DNA of 64,000 nucleotides from Acidimicrobiales bacterium. Its GTDB lineage: Bacteria; Actinomycetota; Acidimicrobiia; Acidimicrobiales; UBA8190. The notes below the pieces were generated by a model. The model ran no database searches. It was not told the DNA's origin and was given only the letters and a program-made list of their open reading frames with translations. The number at the start of each line of letters is the position of its first letter. Position 1 is the stretch's first letter. Both the position numbers and the translations under genes were made by a program. Shown here piece after piece: positions 8,022-18,074 of the stretch. The stretch covers positions 37,887 to 101,886 of the forward strand of contig JASHUM010000123.1 of the NCBI GenBank assembly GCA_030040015.1. The letters are read 5' to 3'.

Positions 8022-9356
8022 GTGGCAGGGAAACGGGCACTGGTGTACGGCACCGGCGTGAGCGGGCGATCGGTGGCGCGCCACCTCGCCGACGACGGCG
8101 TGGAAGTCGTGCTCGCCGACGACGACACCGGCGAGGGGCCGAAGCAGGTGGCGGCCGAGCTCGGTGTCGAGCTGGTGGTCGCTCCCGGCCGTTCCGGCCT
8201 CGAGGCCCTGGCGTCGAGGGTCGACGAGGTGGTCGTGAGCCCGGGCGTGCCCGCCCACCATCTCGTCTTCGACATGGCGGCTTCCGTCCCCGTGGTGGGC
8301 GAGGTGGAGATCGCCTGGCGCCGGGCGCGCGTCCCGATCGTGGCCGTCACCGGGACGAACGGCAAGACGACGGTGGTGACCCTCGTCGCCGAGATGCTCG
8401 GGGCAGCGGGAAGGCGGGTGTTGTGCGCCGGCAACATCGGCCTGCCCCTGCTCGACGCCGTGGACAGCGACGCCGAGTTGCTCGTGGTCGAGGTGTCGTC
8501 CTTCCAGCTGGCGCTCACCAAGACCTTCCGGCCGGCAGTGGGGGCATGGGTGAACCTCGCTCCCGACCACCTCGACTGGCATCCGTCCTTCGAGCACTAC
8601 CGGGCCTCGAAGGCTCGGCTGTGGGCCAACGCCGGCCCCGGCGACGTGGTGGTGGCCAACGCCGAGGACCCGATGGTGATGGAGGAGAGCCGGGCTCCGG
8701 CCCGCCGGGGGGCCGAGGTCGTCACGTTCGGGTTGCGGACCGGGGATTTCACGGTGCGCGGCGACGAGTTGGTGGCGCCCCACGGCGCGCTGTGCACGGT
8801 GGGGGAGCTGGCGCGCCCGTTCCCCCACGAGATCGCCGACGGTCTGTGCGCGGCGGCGGCCGCCGTGTCCGTTGGTGCCGAGCTGGCGGCGTGCGGGTGC
8901 GCGCTCCGGCGGTTCCGGGGGCTCCCCCATCGGCTGGAGCTGGTGGGCGAGGCTAATGGGGTGCGGTTCTTCGACGACTCCAAGGCCACCACGCCCGATG
9001 CCGTGCTGGCCGCGCTCTCGGGGTTCGACGCCGCCGTGCTGATCGCCGGAGGCCGCAACAAGGGCCTCGACCTGTCGTCGCTCGGACAGCTGGCGCCCCG
9101 GCTGTCCGGGGTGGTGGCCATCGGCGAGGCGGCCGCCCAGGTGTCGGCGGTCTTCGACGGATCGGTTCCGGTGCGCAGCGCGTCCTCGATGGACGAGGCG
9201 GTGCGGGCCGCTTGCTCGCTGGCCCGGCCCGGGGACGCCGTGGTGCTGTCGCCCGCCTGCACCTCCTTCGACTGGTACGGGTCCTACGCCGAGCGGGGTG
9301 AGGACTTCGCTCGTGCCGTGCGCGCCGTGCTCGGCCCAGGGAGGCGAGCGCCGTGA
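8022..9356 (+). CDS. murD: UDP-N-acetylmuramoylalanine--D-glutamate ligase MurD
   Basis: N-terminal Rossmann fold ALVYGTGVSGRS and Mur ligase P-loop AVTGTNGKTT. GTG at 8022 lies just after the mraY stop. The long upstream ORF extension (from 7014) is out-of-frame overlap with mraY. Confidence 0.9.
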   Translation: MAGKRALVYGTGVSGRSVARHLADDGVEVVLADDDTGEGPKQVAAELGVELVVAPGRSGLEALASRVDEVVVSPGVPAHHLVFDMAASVPVVGEVEIAWRRARVPIVAVTGTNGKTTVVTLVAEMLGAAGRRVLCAGNIGLPLLDAVDSDAELLVVEVSSFQLALTKTFRPAVGAWVNLAPDHLDWHPSFEHYRASKARLWANAGPGDVVVANAEDPMVMEESRAPARRGAEVVTFGLRTGDFTVRGDELVAPHGALCTVGELARPFPHEIADGLCAAAAAVSVGAELAACGCALRRFRGLPHRLELVGEANGVRFFDDSKATTPDAVLAALSGFDAAVLIAGGRNKGLDLSSLGQLAPRLSGVVAIGEAAAQVSAVFDGSVPVRSASSMDEAVRAACSLARPGDAVVLSPACTSFDWYGSYAERGEDFARAVRAVLGPGRRAP

Positions 9357-10606
9357 GCCAGCTGTGGCCGGCCCGCCCAGGAGCCCAGCGCACGGCGCGG
9401 GGCGCTCCGGAGCTCACCGTGGTGCCGGGGGGCGCGGGCCGTGCTCCCAGGGCCGGCGGCCTGCTCACCGCCGTGAGCACGCGCGCCGCGCTGGTGTGGG
9501 TGGTCGGCATCCTGTGCGCTCTCGGGCTGGTGATGGTCCTCACCGCCTCGGCGTACACGTCGTTGCAGTACTACGGCTCGGTGTGGACGATCTTCGAGCG
9601 CCAGGTCCTGTGGATGGGCATCGGTGTCGTCGCCTTCTTGGTCGCCTGCCGGGTCGACTACAGGCGATGGCGCCGTTGGCGTGTCCTGATGTTGCTCGGA
9701 TCGGTGGTGCTGCTCGTCGCCGTCCTCGTGCCCGGCATCGGGGTGACCGCCGGCGGGTCGAGCAGGTGGATCGGCGTGGGGCTCTTGCGCATCCAGCCGT
9801 CCGAGCTGACCAAGCTCGCCCTGGCGGTCTTCGCCGCCGACCTGCTGACCACCCGGGCCGACCAGGTGTCGCTCACGCGGCGGGTGGTCGCCCCGTTGCT
9901 CCTGGTCCTCGCCTTCACCGGCCTCCTCGTGCTCGAGCAACCGGACATGGGCACCGCCGTCGTGCTCGTGTGCATCGCGTTCGGCGTGCTCTTCGCCGGT
10001 GGTGTGCCTCTGCGCCCCGTGCTGAAGGCGCTCGGCGCCGTGGCGGTGCTCGGGTTGGTGGTGGGGCTGGCCGAGCCGTACCGGCGTCAGCGCCTGTTGT
10101 CGTTCGTGAACCCCTTTGCCCACGCCCAGGGCTCGGGGTACCAGGTGGTGCAGTCGCTCGTGGGGCTGGGATCCGGACGGCTCTTCGGCCTCGGCCTCGG
10201 TGGCGGGCACGCCCAGTGGGGGCTGCTTCCCAACGCGCACACCGACTTCATCTTCTCGGTGATCGGCGAGGACGGAGGGCTCCTGGGGGCGCTCGTCGTC
10301 CTCGGCCTGTTCCTCGCCTTGGCCTGGTTGGGCCTGCGTGCGGCCGGCCGCGCCCCGGACCGCTTCGGCGCCTTGCTGGCGGTGGCGGTCACGTGCTGGA
10401 TCAGCAGCCAGGCGGTGATCAACATCGGCGCCGTCATCGGCATCCTGCCCGTGACGGGGATCCCGTTGCCCTTCGTGTCGTTCGGCGGCTCGTCGCTCGT
10501 CATCGTCATGGTCGCCGCCGGGATCCTGGTGAACGTGGCCGGCCACGAGCGTCCGCTGGCCGACGGGGCCGCCGTCCGCCTGCGCCGTCCCGCTCCGGCG
10601 TCGTGA
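9353..10606 (+). CDS. ftsW: Peptidoglycan glycosyltransferase FtsW (SEDS family)
   Basis: Multi-TM protein with SEDS motifs (QPSELTKLA, PDMGTAVVL, HTDFIFSVIGEDGG, GIPLPFVSFGGSS). GTG overlaps the murD stop. Confidence 0.9.
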   Translation: MSQLWPARPGAQRTARGAPELTVVPGGAGRAPRAGGLLTAVSTRAALVWVVGILCALGLVMVLTASAYTSLQYYGSVWTIFERQVLWMGIGVVAFLVACRVDYRRWRRWRVLMLLGSVVLLVAVLVPGIGVTAGGSSRWIGVGLLRIQPSELTKLALAVFAADLLTTRADQVSLTRRVVAPLLLVLAFTGLLVLEQPDMGTAVVLVCIAFGVLFAGGVPLRPVLKALGAVAVLGLVVGLAEPYRRQRLLSFVNPFAHAQGSGYQVVQSLVGLGSGRLFGLGLGGGHAQWGLLPNAHTDFIFSVIGEDGGLLGALVVLGLFLALAWLGLRAAGRAPDRFGALLAVAVTCWISSQAVINIGAVIGILPVTGIPLPFVSFGGSSLVIVMVAAGILVNVAGHERPLADGAAVRLRRPAPAS

Positions 10607-10610
10607 CCCC

Positions 10611-11786
10611 GTGAGCTCGAGGCGCTTCGCCCTGGTGACCGGGGGCGGGACCGGGGGGCATCTCATGCCCGCCCTGGCCGTGGCCCGTGCCCTGGCCGGG
10701 CGCCACTCGGCCGAAGCCGTCGAGCTGGTCGGCTCACGTCGCGGGTTGGAACGCCAGCTCCTGGCCGACGCCGAGGTGCCGGTGACGCTGCTTCCCGGCC
10801 GGGGCATCGCCCGGCGTCTCGATCCTCGCTCCTTGCTGGACAACGCCGCCGCCGTGTGCGCCTTGGCCTGGGCGCTGGTCCTCGCCCTCGTGCTCGTGGC
10901 CCGGCGCCAGCCGCGCGTGGTGGTGGCCGTGGGCGGGTACGCCTCGATCCCGCTGTCGATGGCGGCGGTGGTGGCAGCCGTGCCCGTGGTGCTGGTGAAC
11001 GTCGACGCCCGGCCCGGAGCAGCCAACCGCTTGCTGTCGCGCTTCGCCCGTGCCTCGGCGGTGGCCTTCTCCGGGACCGGCTTGCCCAGGGCAGTGGTCA
11101 CCGGTGCGCCCGTGCGCCCCGAGATCCTGGCCGCCGTGGGCGCCTCGAGCGAGGAACGTCGCTCGGCCCGCCGTGCCCTCGAGCTGCCCGAGGACCGCAA
11201 GGTGGTGGGCGTGGTGGGAGGCTCGCTCGGCGCCCGCCGGCTCAACCAGGCTGCCGTCGAGCTCGCCGGGCGATGGTCGGAGCGGGGGGACGTGGCCCTG
11301 TACCACGTGGTGGGGAGTCGCGACTTCGGCTGGGCCCGCGCCGGCTCGCCGTCCTCGTTCCCGGCCCTGTGCTACCGGCAGGTGGAGTTCGAGGAACACA
11401 TGAGGCTCTTTTATTTGTCTGCGGACGTGGTGGTGTGCCGAGCCGGCGCCCTCACCGTGGCCGAGCTGGCCGTGGTGGGAGTCCCGGCCGTGCTGGTCCC
11501 GCTCCCCGGGGCACCCGGGGACCATCAGCGGGCCAACGCCGAGGTGCTCGCCGGCGTGGGCGGCGCCGTGGTGGTCGAGGACGGTGAGTGCGACGGGGCT
11601 CGGCTCGACGCCGAGCTGACCACTCTCCTCGACGACCCGTCCCGCCTGGCCTCCATGGCGTCGGCGTCGGCCTCGGTGGGCCGCCCCGACGCTCTGGCGG
11701 CGGTGGTGGCGGTGGTGGAGGCGCACGCCCGGCGTCCACCCGAGCCGGCTGGTCCCGTCGGGGCGCTGGAACGAGGGCGGTGGTGA
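10611..11786 (+). CDS. murG: Undecaprenyldiphospho-muramoylpentapeptide beta-N-acetylglucosaminyltransferase MurG
   Basis: GGGTGGHLMPALAVA N-terminal glycine loop and CRAGALTVAELAVVGVPAVLVPLP C-terminal donor-binding region. Confidence 0.9.
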   Translation: MSSRRFALVTGGGTGGHLMPALAVARALAGRHSAEAVELVGSRRGLERQLLADAEVPVTLLPGRGIARRLDPRSLLDNAAAVCALAWALVLALVLVARRQPRVVVAVGGYASIPLSMAAVVAAVPVVLVNVDARPGAANRLLSRFARASAVAFSGTGLPRAVVTGAPVRPEILAAVGASSEERRSARRALELPEDRKVVGVVGGSLGARRLNQAAVELAGRWSERGDVALYHVVGSRDFGWARAGSPSSFPALCYRQVEFEEHMRLFYLSADVVVCRAGALTVAELAVVGVPAVLVPLPGAPGDHQRANAEVLAGVGGAVVVEDGECDGARLDAELTTLLDDPSRLASMASASASVGRPDALAAVVAVVEAHARRPPEPAGPVGALERGRW

Positions 11787-13153
11787 GCGAGCTCGACCTG
11801 TCCCACCGGCGCCGGGTGCACGTGGTCGGAGCAGGTGGCGCGGGGATGAGCGCCATCGCCACCGTGCTCGCCGCCATGGGCCATCACGTCACCGGGAGCG
11901 ACCTCAAGTGGTCGGCCTCGCTCGACCGCCTGCGCGCCGCCGGCGTGGACGTCGCCATCGGGCACGATGCCGCCAACGTCGGCGACGCCGAGCTCGTCAC
12001 CTACTCGACGGCGGTGCCCGAGTCCAACCCCGAGCTGGCCCAGGCGCGTCGACGAGGCCTTCCCACTCCGACGCGCGCCGACGTGCTGGCCGCCGTCTGT
12101 GCCTGCCGCCGGTGCGTGGCGGTGGCCGGGACCCATGGCAAGACCACCACCACGGCGATGTTGTCGCTCATCCTCGTCGAAGCCGGGATGCGCCCGAGCT
12201 TCCTCATCGGGGGGGACGTCAACGAGATCGGCACCAACGCCGTGTGGGACAGCGGGGAGTGGCTCGTGGTCGAGGCCGACGAGAGTGACGGGACGTTCCT
12301 GCAGCTCGACCCCGAGCTGGCCGTGCTCACCAACGTGGAGCCCGATCATCTCGACCACTACGGCAGCTTCGAGGCGTTGTTCTCGGCCTTCGACCGGTTC
12401 TGCACGGGCCGCCCGATGGGCGTGGTGGCCGGGGGGGACGACGCCGGCTCGGCCCAGGTGGGCCGGCGCCACGGCGCCACCTTGGTGGGCAGGGCCCCCG
12501 ACGTCACCGTCCGGCTCGTGGACGTGCGTGCCGGGCCCGATGGCGTGAGCTTCCGTCTCGAGGGCCCGGGTATGGATGGGGGGGGACTGGCGCTTCCCGT
12601 GGGCGGGGCGCGCACGGCGCAGAACGCGGCCGTGGCCACCGTGACCGCGGCCGCCGTGGGAGCGCCGCTGGCGGCGGCGGCACGTGCCCTGGCCCGCTTC
12701 GGGGGTGTGGCCCGCCGGTACCAGGCCCGCGGCGAGCGCGACGGCGTGCGCTTCGTCGACGACTACGCCCACTTGCCCACCGAGGTGGCCGCCGTCCTCG
12801 AGGCGGCGAGCACCGAGGGCCGTCGCCTGGTCGTGGTGTTCCAGCCCCATCGCTACACCCGGGTGGCTGCCTTGGCCGAGCGGTTCGCCGACGCCTTCGT
12901 CGGGGCGGACGTGGTGATCGTCACCGATGTCTTCGCGGCGGGGGAGACACCCATCCCCGGGGTGAGCGGCAGGCTGGTGGCGGAGACCGTCGTCCACGCG
13001 CATCCCGAGGCCGACGTTCGCTACGTCCCGGGGCGCCCCGAGCTGCGCGCCGAGCTGAGCTCGGTGCTGCGCCCCGGTGACCTCTGTCTCACGTTGGGGG
13101 CCGGCGACCTCACCACCCTCCCCGACGAGATGCTCGGGGGTCCGGGATGGTGA
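11780..13153 (+). CDS. murC: UDP-N-acetylmuramate--L-alanine ligase MurC
   Basis: VHVVGAGGAGMSAIA Rossmann fold and AGTHGKTTTTAM P-loop. GTG at 11780 or 11783 overlaps the murG stop. Confidence 0.9.
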   Translation: MVSELDLSHRRRVHVVGAGGAGMSAIATVLAAMGHHVTGSDLKWSASLDRLRAAGVDVAIGHDAANVGDAELVTYSTAVPESNPELAQARRRGLPTPTRADVLAAVCACRRCVAVAGTHGKTTTTAMLSLILVEAGMRPSFLIGGDVNEIGTNAVWDSGEWLVVEADESDGTFLQLDPELAVLTNVEPDHLDHYGSFEALFSAFDRFCTGRPMGVVAGGDDAGSAQVGRRHGATLVGRAPDVTVRLVDVRAGPDGVSFRLEGPGMDGGGLALPVGGARTAQNAAVATVTAAAVGAPLAAAARALARFGGVARRYQARGERDGVRFVDDYAHLPTEVAAVLEAASTEGRRLVVVFQPHRYTRVAALAERFADAFVGADVVIVTDVFAAGETPIPGVSGRLVAETVVHAHPEADVRYVPGRPELRAELSSVLRPGDLCLTLGAGDLTTLPDEMLGGPGW

Positions 13154-14118
13154 GCACACCCGCCCTGGAAGCCTTGTCGGCGGCACTCGACGACCGGGCG
13201 CGTCGTGACGAGCCCCTCGGGGTGCGCACGACCTATCGCGTCGGCGGCCCTGCGGCGCTCTGGGTGGAGGTGGAGGACGACGAGACGCTCGTGACGCTGC
13301 ACCGAGCGCTGGTGTCGGTGTCCGAGCCCGTCCCGGTGCTCGTGATCGGCAAGGGATCCAACCTCTTGGTGGCCGACGCCGGCTTTCCGGGGGTGGTGGT
13401 GTCGCTCGGCCCCGGCTACGACGGCGTCGATCTCCAGGGCACGACGGTGCGCGCCGGCGGGGCGACGGCCATGCCCGTGCTCGCTCGCAAGACGGCGAGC
13501 AGGGGTCTGCGCGGTCTCGAATGGGCGGTGGGCATCCCCGGATCGGTGGGCGGTGCCATGCGCATGAACGCGGGCGGGCACGGGTCGGACACCGCCGAAG
13601 TGCTCACCGGCTACCGGCTCTTCGACTTGTGCACCGGGGCGGCGACGTGGCGGCAGGCGGGCGACTTCGCGGCCCGGTACCGCCATTCCTCGCTCGGCCC
13701 CACCGACGTGGGGCTCGTGGCCGAGTTCGGCTTGGAGGCGGGGGACCCCGAGGAAGCCGGCGAGCTCGTGTCAGAGATCGTGCGATGGCGCCGGGAGCAC
13801 CAACCGGGGGGGTCCAACGCCGGCTCGGTGTTCACCAACCCGCCCGGGGAGAGCGCCGGGGAGCTCGTCGAGCGCTGCGGCCTGAAGGGCCGGCGCCTGG
13901 GGAGCGCCCAGGTGTCGCAAAAGCACGCCAACTTCATCCAGGCCGATGGGGGGGGATCGGCCGACGACGTGCGGCGGTTGGTGGACCTCGTCCGTGTCGA
14001 GGTGGCCCGCCTCACCGGTGTGGAGCTCGTCCCCGAGCTGCACATGGTGGGCTTCGCCGACAGCCCGCTCCACACGGTCTCGGCCCAACCCTCGACCTCC
14101 AGTGGAGGTCGAGGGTGA
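13147..14118 (+). CDS. murB: UDP-N-acetylenolpyruvoylglucosamine reductase MurB
   Basis: TYRVGGPA, GKGSNLLV and GSVGGAMRMNAGGHG FAD-binding motifs. ATG overlaps the murC 3' end. Confidence 0.9.
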   Translation: MVSTPALEALSAALDDRARRDEPLGVRTTYRVGGPAALWVEVEDDETLVTLHRALVSVSEPVPVLVIGKGSNLLVADAGFPGVVVSLGPGYDGVDLQGTTVRAGGATAMPVLARKTASRGLRGLEWAVGIPGSVGGAMRMNAGGHGSDTAEVLTGYRLFDLCTGAATWRQAGDFAARYRHSSLGPTDVGLVAEFGLEAGDPEEAGELVSEIVRWRREHQPGGSNAGSVFTNPPGESAGELVERCGLKGRRLGSAQVSQKHANFIQADGGGSADDVRRLVDLVRVEVARLTGVELVPELHMVGFADSPLHTVSAQPSTSSGGRG

Positions 14119-14903
14119 CGGCTCCGGTGCGGACCCGTCCCACCGTCCACCCCCGCATCGGGCACCGGCGCGTCGCCGTCACCCGCGCCCGCGGACGGCG
14201 CCGGCTCAAAGGCGTGGCCGTGCTCGGCGGCGTGGTCGTGGTCGCCGTGGCAGCGCTGTCGGTCCTGCACTCGCCGCTGTTCTCCGCTCGTCACGTGACC
14301 GTGCGCGGGGCCCACCACGTCTCGGTGCAGCAGGTGCTCGGCACGGCTCGTCTGGCTGGAGCGCCCCCCCTGCTCGACGTGAACGCAGGTGCCGACGCCG
14401 CCCGGTTGGAGTCGCTGCCCTGGGTGGCCCGGGCCAGCGTGGTGCGGCGATGGCCCGATTCGGTGGTGGTCACGGTGCACGAGCGCGTGCCGGTGGCGGT
14501 GGTGGCGCCATCTGCCTCTGGGACGGGTTTCGCCCTGGTGGACGGCGGTGGACACGTGATCGAGTGGCTGCCCGCCGCGCCGACCGGGCTCCCGGTGCTC
14601 GACTCGCCGGCCGTCGCCGGCCGGCCCGGGACCGTGCTCGGCTCGTCGGCTGCGCCCGGACTGGCGGTGGCGTCCGCCGTCCTCGCTTCCCTCCCCGGCC
14701 GAGTGCAGACGGTGACGGTCAGCGGGGGGACCGTGCGTCTCGAGTTGGGTGGGGGAGTCGAGGTCGTCGTGGGCCGAGCGGTCTCGCTCGGGTCCAAGAT
14801 GGCCGCATTGCGAAGCGTCCTCTCCGGGGCGCCACCGAAGGGGCCCGAGACGATCGACGTCACGGTGCCCGGCGAGCCCACGGTGGGCCCTGCGTCCTCT
14901 TGA
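14115..14903 (+). CDS. ftsQ: Cell division protein FtsQ/DivIB (POTRA domain)
   Basis: Basic tail, one TM helix (VAVLGGVVVVAVAALSVL), then a POTRA-like VTVRGAHHVSVQQVL segment. Sits immediately upstream of ftsZ. GTG overlaps the murB stop (GTGA). Confidence 0.75.
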   Translation: MTAPVRTRPTVHPRIGHRRVAVTRARGRRRLKGVAVLGGVVVVAVAALSVLHSPLFSARHVTVRGAHHVSVQQVLGTARLAGAPPLLDVNAGADAARLESLPWVARASVVRRWPDSVVVTVHERVPVAVVAPSASGTGFALVDGGGHVIEWLPAAPTGLPVLDSPAVAGRPGTVLGSSAAPGLAVASAVLASLPGRVQTVTVSGGTVRLELGGGVEVVVGRAVSLGSKMAALRSVLSGAPPKGPETIDVTVPGEPTVGPASS

Positions 14904-15051
14904 CCGGTTGAGGGGTCAGCCATAGGGTCTGGGCCGTCGGCACCGGATCAAGCTGTGGTCAAGGGTGAGGGCAGGCGGTGACCGACGTCAGCCCCGGAGC
15001 CCGATCGCAATCGGCGGCGACCTTGACACCCTGCGGACCCAGAGGAGAGCA

Positions 15052-16155
15052 ATGACCGGTCCTGCACAGAGCAGCTACTTCGCCGTCATCAAAGTGGTGG
15101 GAGTCGGCGGCGGTGGCGTGAATGCGGTGAACCGCATGATCGAGGCCAACCTGCGCGGCGTGGAGTTCATCGCCATGAACACCGATGCCCAGGCGCTGCT
15201 CATGAGCGATGCGGACCTGAAGCTCGACATCGGCCGTCAGCTGACGCGCGGGCTCGGTGCCGGGAGCGACCCCGAGATCGGCCGCCAAGCGGCCGAGGAG
15301 CACCGGGCCGAGATCGAAGAAGCGCTCAAGGGCGCCGACATGGTCTTCATCACCGCCGGCAAGGGTGGCGGAACCGGCACGGGTGCGGCCCCGATCGTGG
15401 CCGAGGTGGCCAAGTCGGTGGGCGCGCTGACCATCGGCGTGGTCACCCGCCCGTTCACCTTCGAAGGCAGGCGCCGATCGGTGCAGGCCGACTCGGGCAT
15501 CGAGCGGCTCAAGGAGAAGGTCGACGCCATCATCATCATCCCCAACGACCGGCTGCTGACCATCTCCACCGAGAAGACCTCGATGATGAGCGCCTTCAAG
15601 ATGGCCGACGAGGTCCTGCTCCAAGGGGTGCAGGGCATCACCGACCTCATCACCATTCCCGGCCAGATCAACACGGACTTCGCCGACGTGCGCACCGTGC
15701 TCTCCGAGGCCGGCACCGCCATCATGGGCATCGGCCAGGCCGCCGGGGACGGGCGCGCCGTGAACGCGGCGCGTTCGGCGATCACCAGCCCGTTGCTCGA
15801 GGCGTCCATCGAGGGGGCGAGAGGGATCCTGGTGAACATCTCAGGTGGTCCCGACCTCGGGCTGTTCGAGGTGAACGAGGCAATGGAGATCATCCACGGC
15901 GTGGCTCACCCCGACGCCAACATCATCTTCGGCACGGTGATCGACGATTCGGCCGGCGACGACGTGCGGGTCACGGTGATCGCGGCGGGATTCGAGCGGT
16001 GGGACGAAGGACGTCCGGGCGAGCCGAGGCCGGCCGAGCGCAGCCAGGTGCTCGGCCTCGACTCCATGCACGAGGACATCTTTGCCATGCCCGAGGAGGA
16101 CGAGGACGTCGCGCTCAGCGACGACGAATTCGACGTCCCTTCGTTCTTGCGCTGA
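15052..16155 (+). CDS. ftsZ: Cell division GTPase FtsZ
   Basis: [13 protein letters not shown] and the tubulin signature [13 protein letters not shown]. Conserved C-terminal peptide [21 protein letters not shown] upstream of ATG 15052. Confidence 0.97.
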   Translation: MTGPAQSSYFAVIKVVGVGGGGVNAVNRMIEANLRGVEFIAMNTDAQALLMSDADLKLDIGRQLTRGLGAGSDPEIGRQAAEEHRAEIEEALKGADMVFITAGKGGGTGTGAAPIVAEVAKSVGALTIGVVTRPFTFEGRRRSVQADSGIERLKEKVDAIIIIPNDRLLTISTEKTSMMSAFKMADEVLLQGVQGITDLITIPGQINTDFADVRTVLSEAGTAIMGIGQAAGDGRAVNAARSAITSPLLEASIEGARGILVNISGGPDLGLFEVNEAMEIIHGVAHPDANIIFGTVIDDSAGDDVRVTVIAAGFERWDEGRPGEPRPAERSQVLGLDSMHEDIFAMPEEDEDVALSDDEFDVPSFLR

Positions 16156-16186
16156 GGGCCCGGGCCGGCTCGGTCCGGTCCCGGTC

Positions 16187-16834
16187 ATGGCCTGGTGGAC
16201 CACGCGGGCCCAGGGCGACCAGCGCGCCGCGGGCTCGGCGGCACTCCGTGGGGCACTGCCCCCCGGGACCCGGGTGGTGGCCCTGCGCCAGGTGCACGGG
16301 CCCGACGTGGTGGTGGTCGACGGCTCGGTGGTGAGTGTCTCGGGCCCCGGCGAGCGCAGCGGGGACGCCTTGGTGAGCACGGACTGGGACGTGGCGCTCA
16401 TGGTGCGCACGGCCGACTGCGCCGCGGTGGCCCTCGGCTCGCCCGAGGGGGTGTTCGCAGCGGTGCACGCCGGCTGGCGGGGACTGCTCCAAGGCGTGGT
16501 CGAGGCTTCCCTGGGCGCCGCCGGCGCGCTCGGTGCGTCGCAAATGGTGGCCGGGCTCGGTCCGTGCATCGGACCGTGTTGCTATCCCTTCGAGGGCCCC
16601 GTCCTCGACGAGTTGGCCGAGCGCTACGGCCCCGAGGTCCGGGGAAAGACCCGACAGGGGGAGCCGGCCCTCGACCTTCCCGCCGCGCTGCGCAGTGCGC
16701 TCGCCCGTGCCGGGGTCACGCTCGTGACCGGCAGCGCCCCTTGCACCGGTTGCGAGGCCGACACGTGGTCGCACCGGGTGCGCGGTGACGAGGCGCGCCA
16801 GGCACTGGTGGTGTGGCGCGCCGAGGCGTCGTGA
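16187..16834 (+). CDS. pgeF: Peptidoglycan editing factor PgeF / YfiH (laccase-domain) family protein
   Basis: TADCAAVAL...VHAGWRG...GPCIGPCCY motifs of the YfiH/DUF152 family. Canonical position after ftsZ in Gram-positive bacteria. Confidence 0.8.
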   Translation: MAWWTTRAQGDQRAAGSAALRGALPPGTRVVALRQVHGPDVVVVDGSVVSVSGPGERSGDALVSTDWDVALMVRTADCAAVALGSPEGVFAAVHAGWRGLLQGVVEASLGAAGALGASQMVAGLGPCIGPCCYPFEGPVLDELAERYGPEVRGKTRQGEPALDLPAALRSALARAGVTLVTGSAPCTGCEADTWSHRVRGDEARQALVVWRAEAS

Positions 16835-17496
16835 ACGACGACGAAGTCGCCCGACGGCTGGCCGAGGTTCGCCGTCGCATCGCCGACGCCGGTGGTGACC
16901 CCGGAGCCGTCGAAGTGGTGGCGGTGACCAAGGGGTTCGGTCCGTGGGCGGTGCGCGCCGGGCGCGCCGCCGGGCTGCGCGTCGTAGGGGAGAACTACGC
17001 CCAGGAGCTGTTGGCCAAGGCGGCCGACACCGCCGACATGGACGTGCACTGGCACTACCTGGGCGCCGTGCAGCGCCGCAAGGTGCGGGCCCTGGCGCCG
17101 GTGGTGGCCTGCTGGCAGGCGGTGTCCCGGGTGGAGGAGGGTGAGGCCATCGCCGCCGCCGCTCCGGGTGCGGCGGTGTTCGTCGAGGTCGACGTGACCG
17201 GCATCGCCGGGCGGCCCGGTGTCGCCCCCGAGGACGCTCCAGCCCTGGTGGCGACGTTGCAGGCGATGGGACTCGACGTGAGAGGGGTCATGGGTGTCGG
17301 ACCACCGGGTCCACCCGGGCAAGCACGCTCCGCGTTCCGGATGCTGGCCGAGACCAAACAGCGCCTGGGCCTGGCCGAACTGTCGGCGGGCATGAGCGAC
17401 GACCTCGAGGTGGCCGTGGCCGAGGGCTCGACCATGGTGCGGGTCGGTCGCGCCCTGTTCGGGGATCGCCCACTGGGGGGACACCCCGCGCATTAA
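16831..17496 (+). CDS. yggS: YggS-family pyridoxal-phosphate homeostasis protein (YlmE)
   Basis: VAVTKGF (PLP lysine), HYLGAVQRRK and SAGMSDDLEVAVAEGSTMVRVG. GTG 16831 overlaps the pgeF stop (GTGA). Confidence 0.85.
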   Translation: MNDDEVARRLAEVRRRIADAGGDPGAVEVVAVTKGFGPWAVRAGRAAGLRVVGENYAQELLAKAADTADMDVHWHYLGAVQRRKVRALAPVVACWQAVSRVEEGEAIAAAAPGAAVFVEVDVTGIAGRPGVAPEDAPALVATLQAMGLDVRGVMGVGPPGPPGQARSAFRMLAETKQRLGLAELSAGMSDDLEVAVAEGSTMVRVGRALFGDRPLGGHPAH

Positions 17497-17521
17497 CCTG
17501 TCGGGCGAGGGAGGCGATCAC

Positions 17522-18040
17522 ATGGCGCAAGGGTTCTTCAAGCGGGCCATGGTCTATCTGGGCCTGGTGGACGACGAGTACGACGAGTACGACGACATGT
17601 ACGACTCGAACGGCACGGCGCGCGTCACGACGCGCCCCACCGAGGAGGAGCCTGAGTCGGCTCCCACCATGGTGACGGCCAGCGTGCGACCGCTGCGCGA
17701 CGAGAACGGCTCGTCCGCCGCCCACGCCGGCAGCAACGTTCGGTCGCTCGTGCGTCCGTTCCCCGTCGCCGACCGGGTGCACGTGGTGGCGCCGACGCAA
17801 TTCGGCGACGCTCGCCTGATCGCCGACCGGCTCATGGGCAACCAACCCGTGATCGTCAACCTGCAGGTCGCCGATCGCGAGCTCATGCGACGGATGATCG
17901 ACTTCTGCAGCGGTGTCGCCTACGCGCTGAGCGGCAAGATGGAGCGCGTGGCCGACAAGGTGTTCCTCGTCACCCCTTCCAACGTGAAGGTGTCGGCTGA
18001 GGAGCGCCAACGCCTGCAGGAGAACCTCCTGCAGGCCTGA
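17522..18040 (+). CDS. sepF: Cell division protein SepF
   Basis: MAQGFFKRAMVYLGL N-terminal membrane-targeting helix, acidic linker, and C-terminal domain PVIVNL...RRMIDFCSGVAYALSG. SD GAGGGAGG upstream. Confidence 0.85.
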   Translation: MAQGFFKRAMVYLGLVDDEYDEYDDMYDSNGTARVTTRPTEEEPESAPTMVTASVRPLRDENGSSAAHAGSNVRSLVRPFPVADRVHVVAPTQFGDARLIADRLMGNQPVIVNLQVADRELMRRMIDFCSGVAYALSGKMERVADKVFLVTPSNVKVSAEERQRLQENLLQA

Positions 18041-18074
18041 CGGGCTGACCGTCCTCCCTGTCGGGCCTCCCACC

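Noticed and set aside
11406-11420. Strikingly AT-rich stretch CTCTTTTATTTGTCT inside murG.
   Set aside because: It is in frame and encodes the conserved LFYLSAD segment of MurG. No convincing hairpin or promoter context is present. It is probably just unusual codon choice.
15023-15028. Perfect TTGACA 24 nt upstream of the ftsZ ATG as a -35 element.
   Set aside because: No TAnnnT-like -10 lies at the proper 16-19 nt spacing. The position would leave no room for the SD-containing leader.
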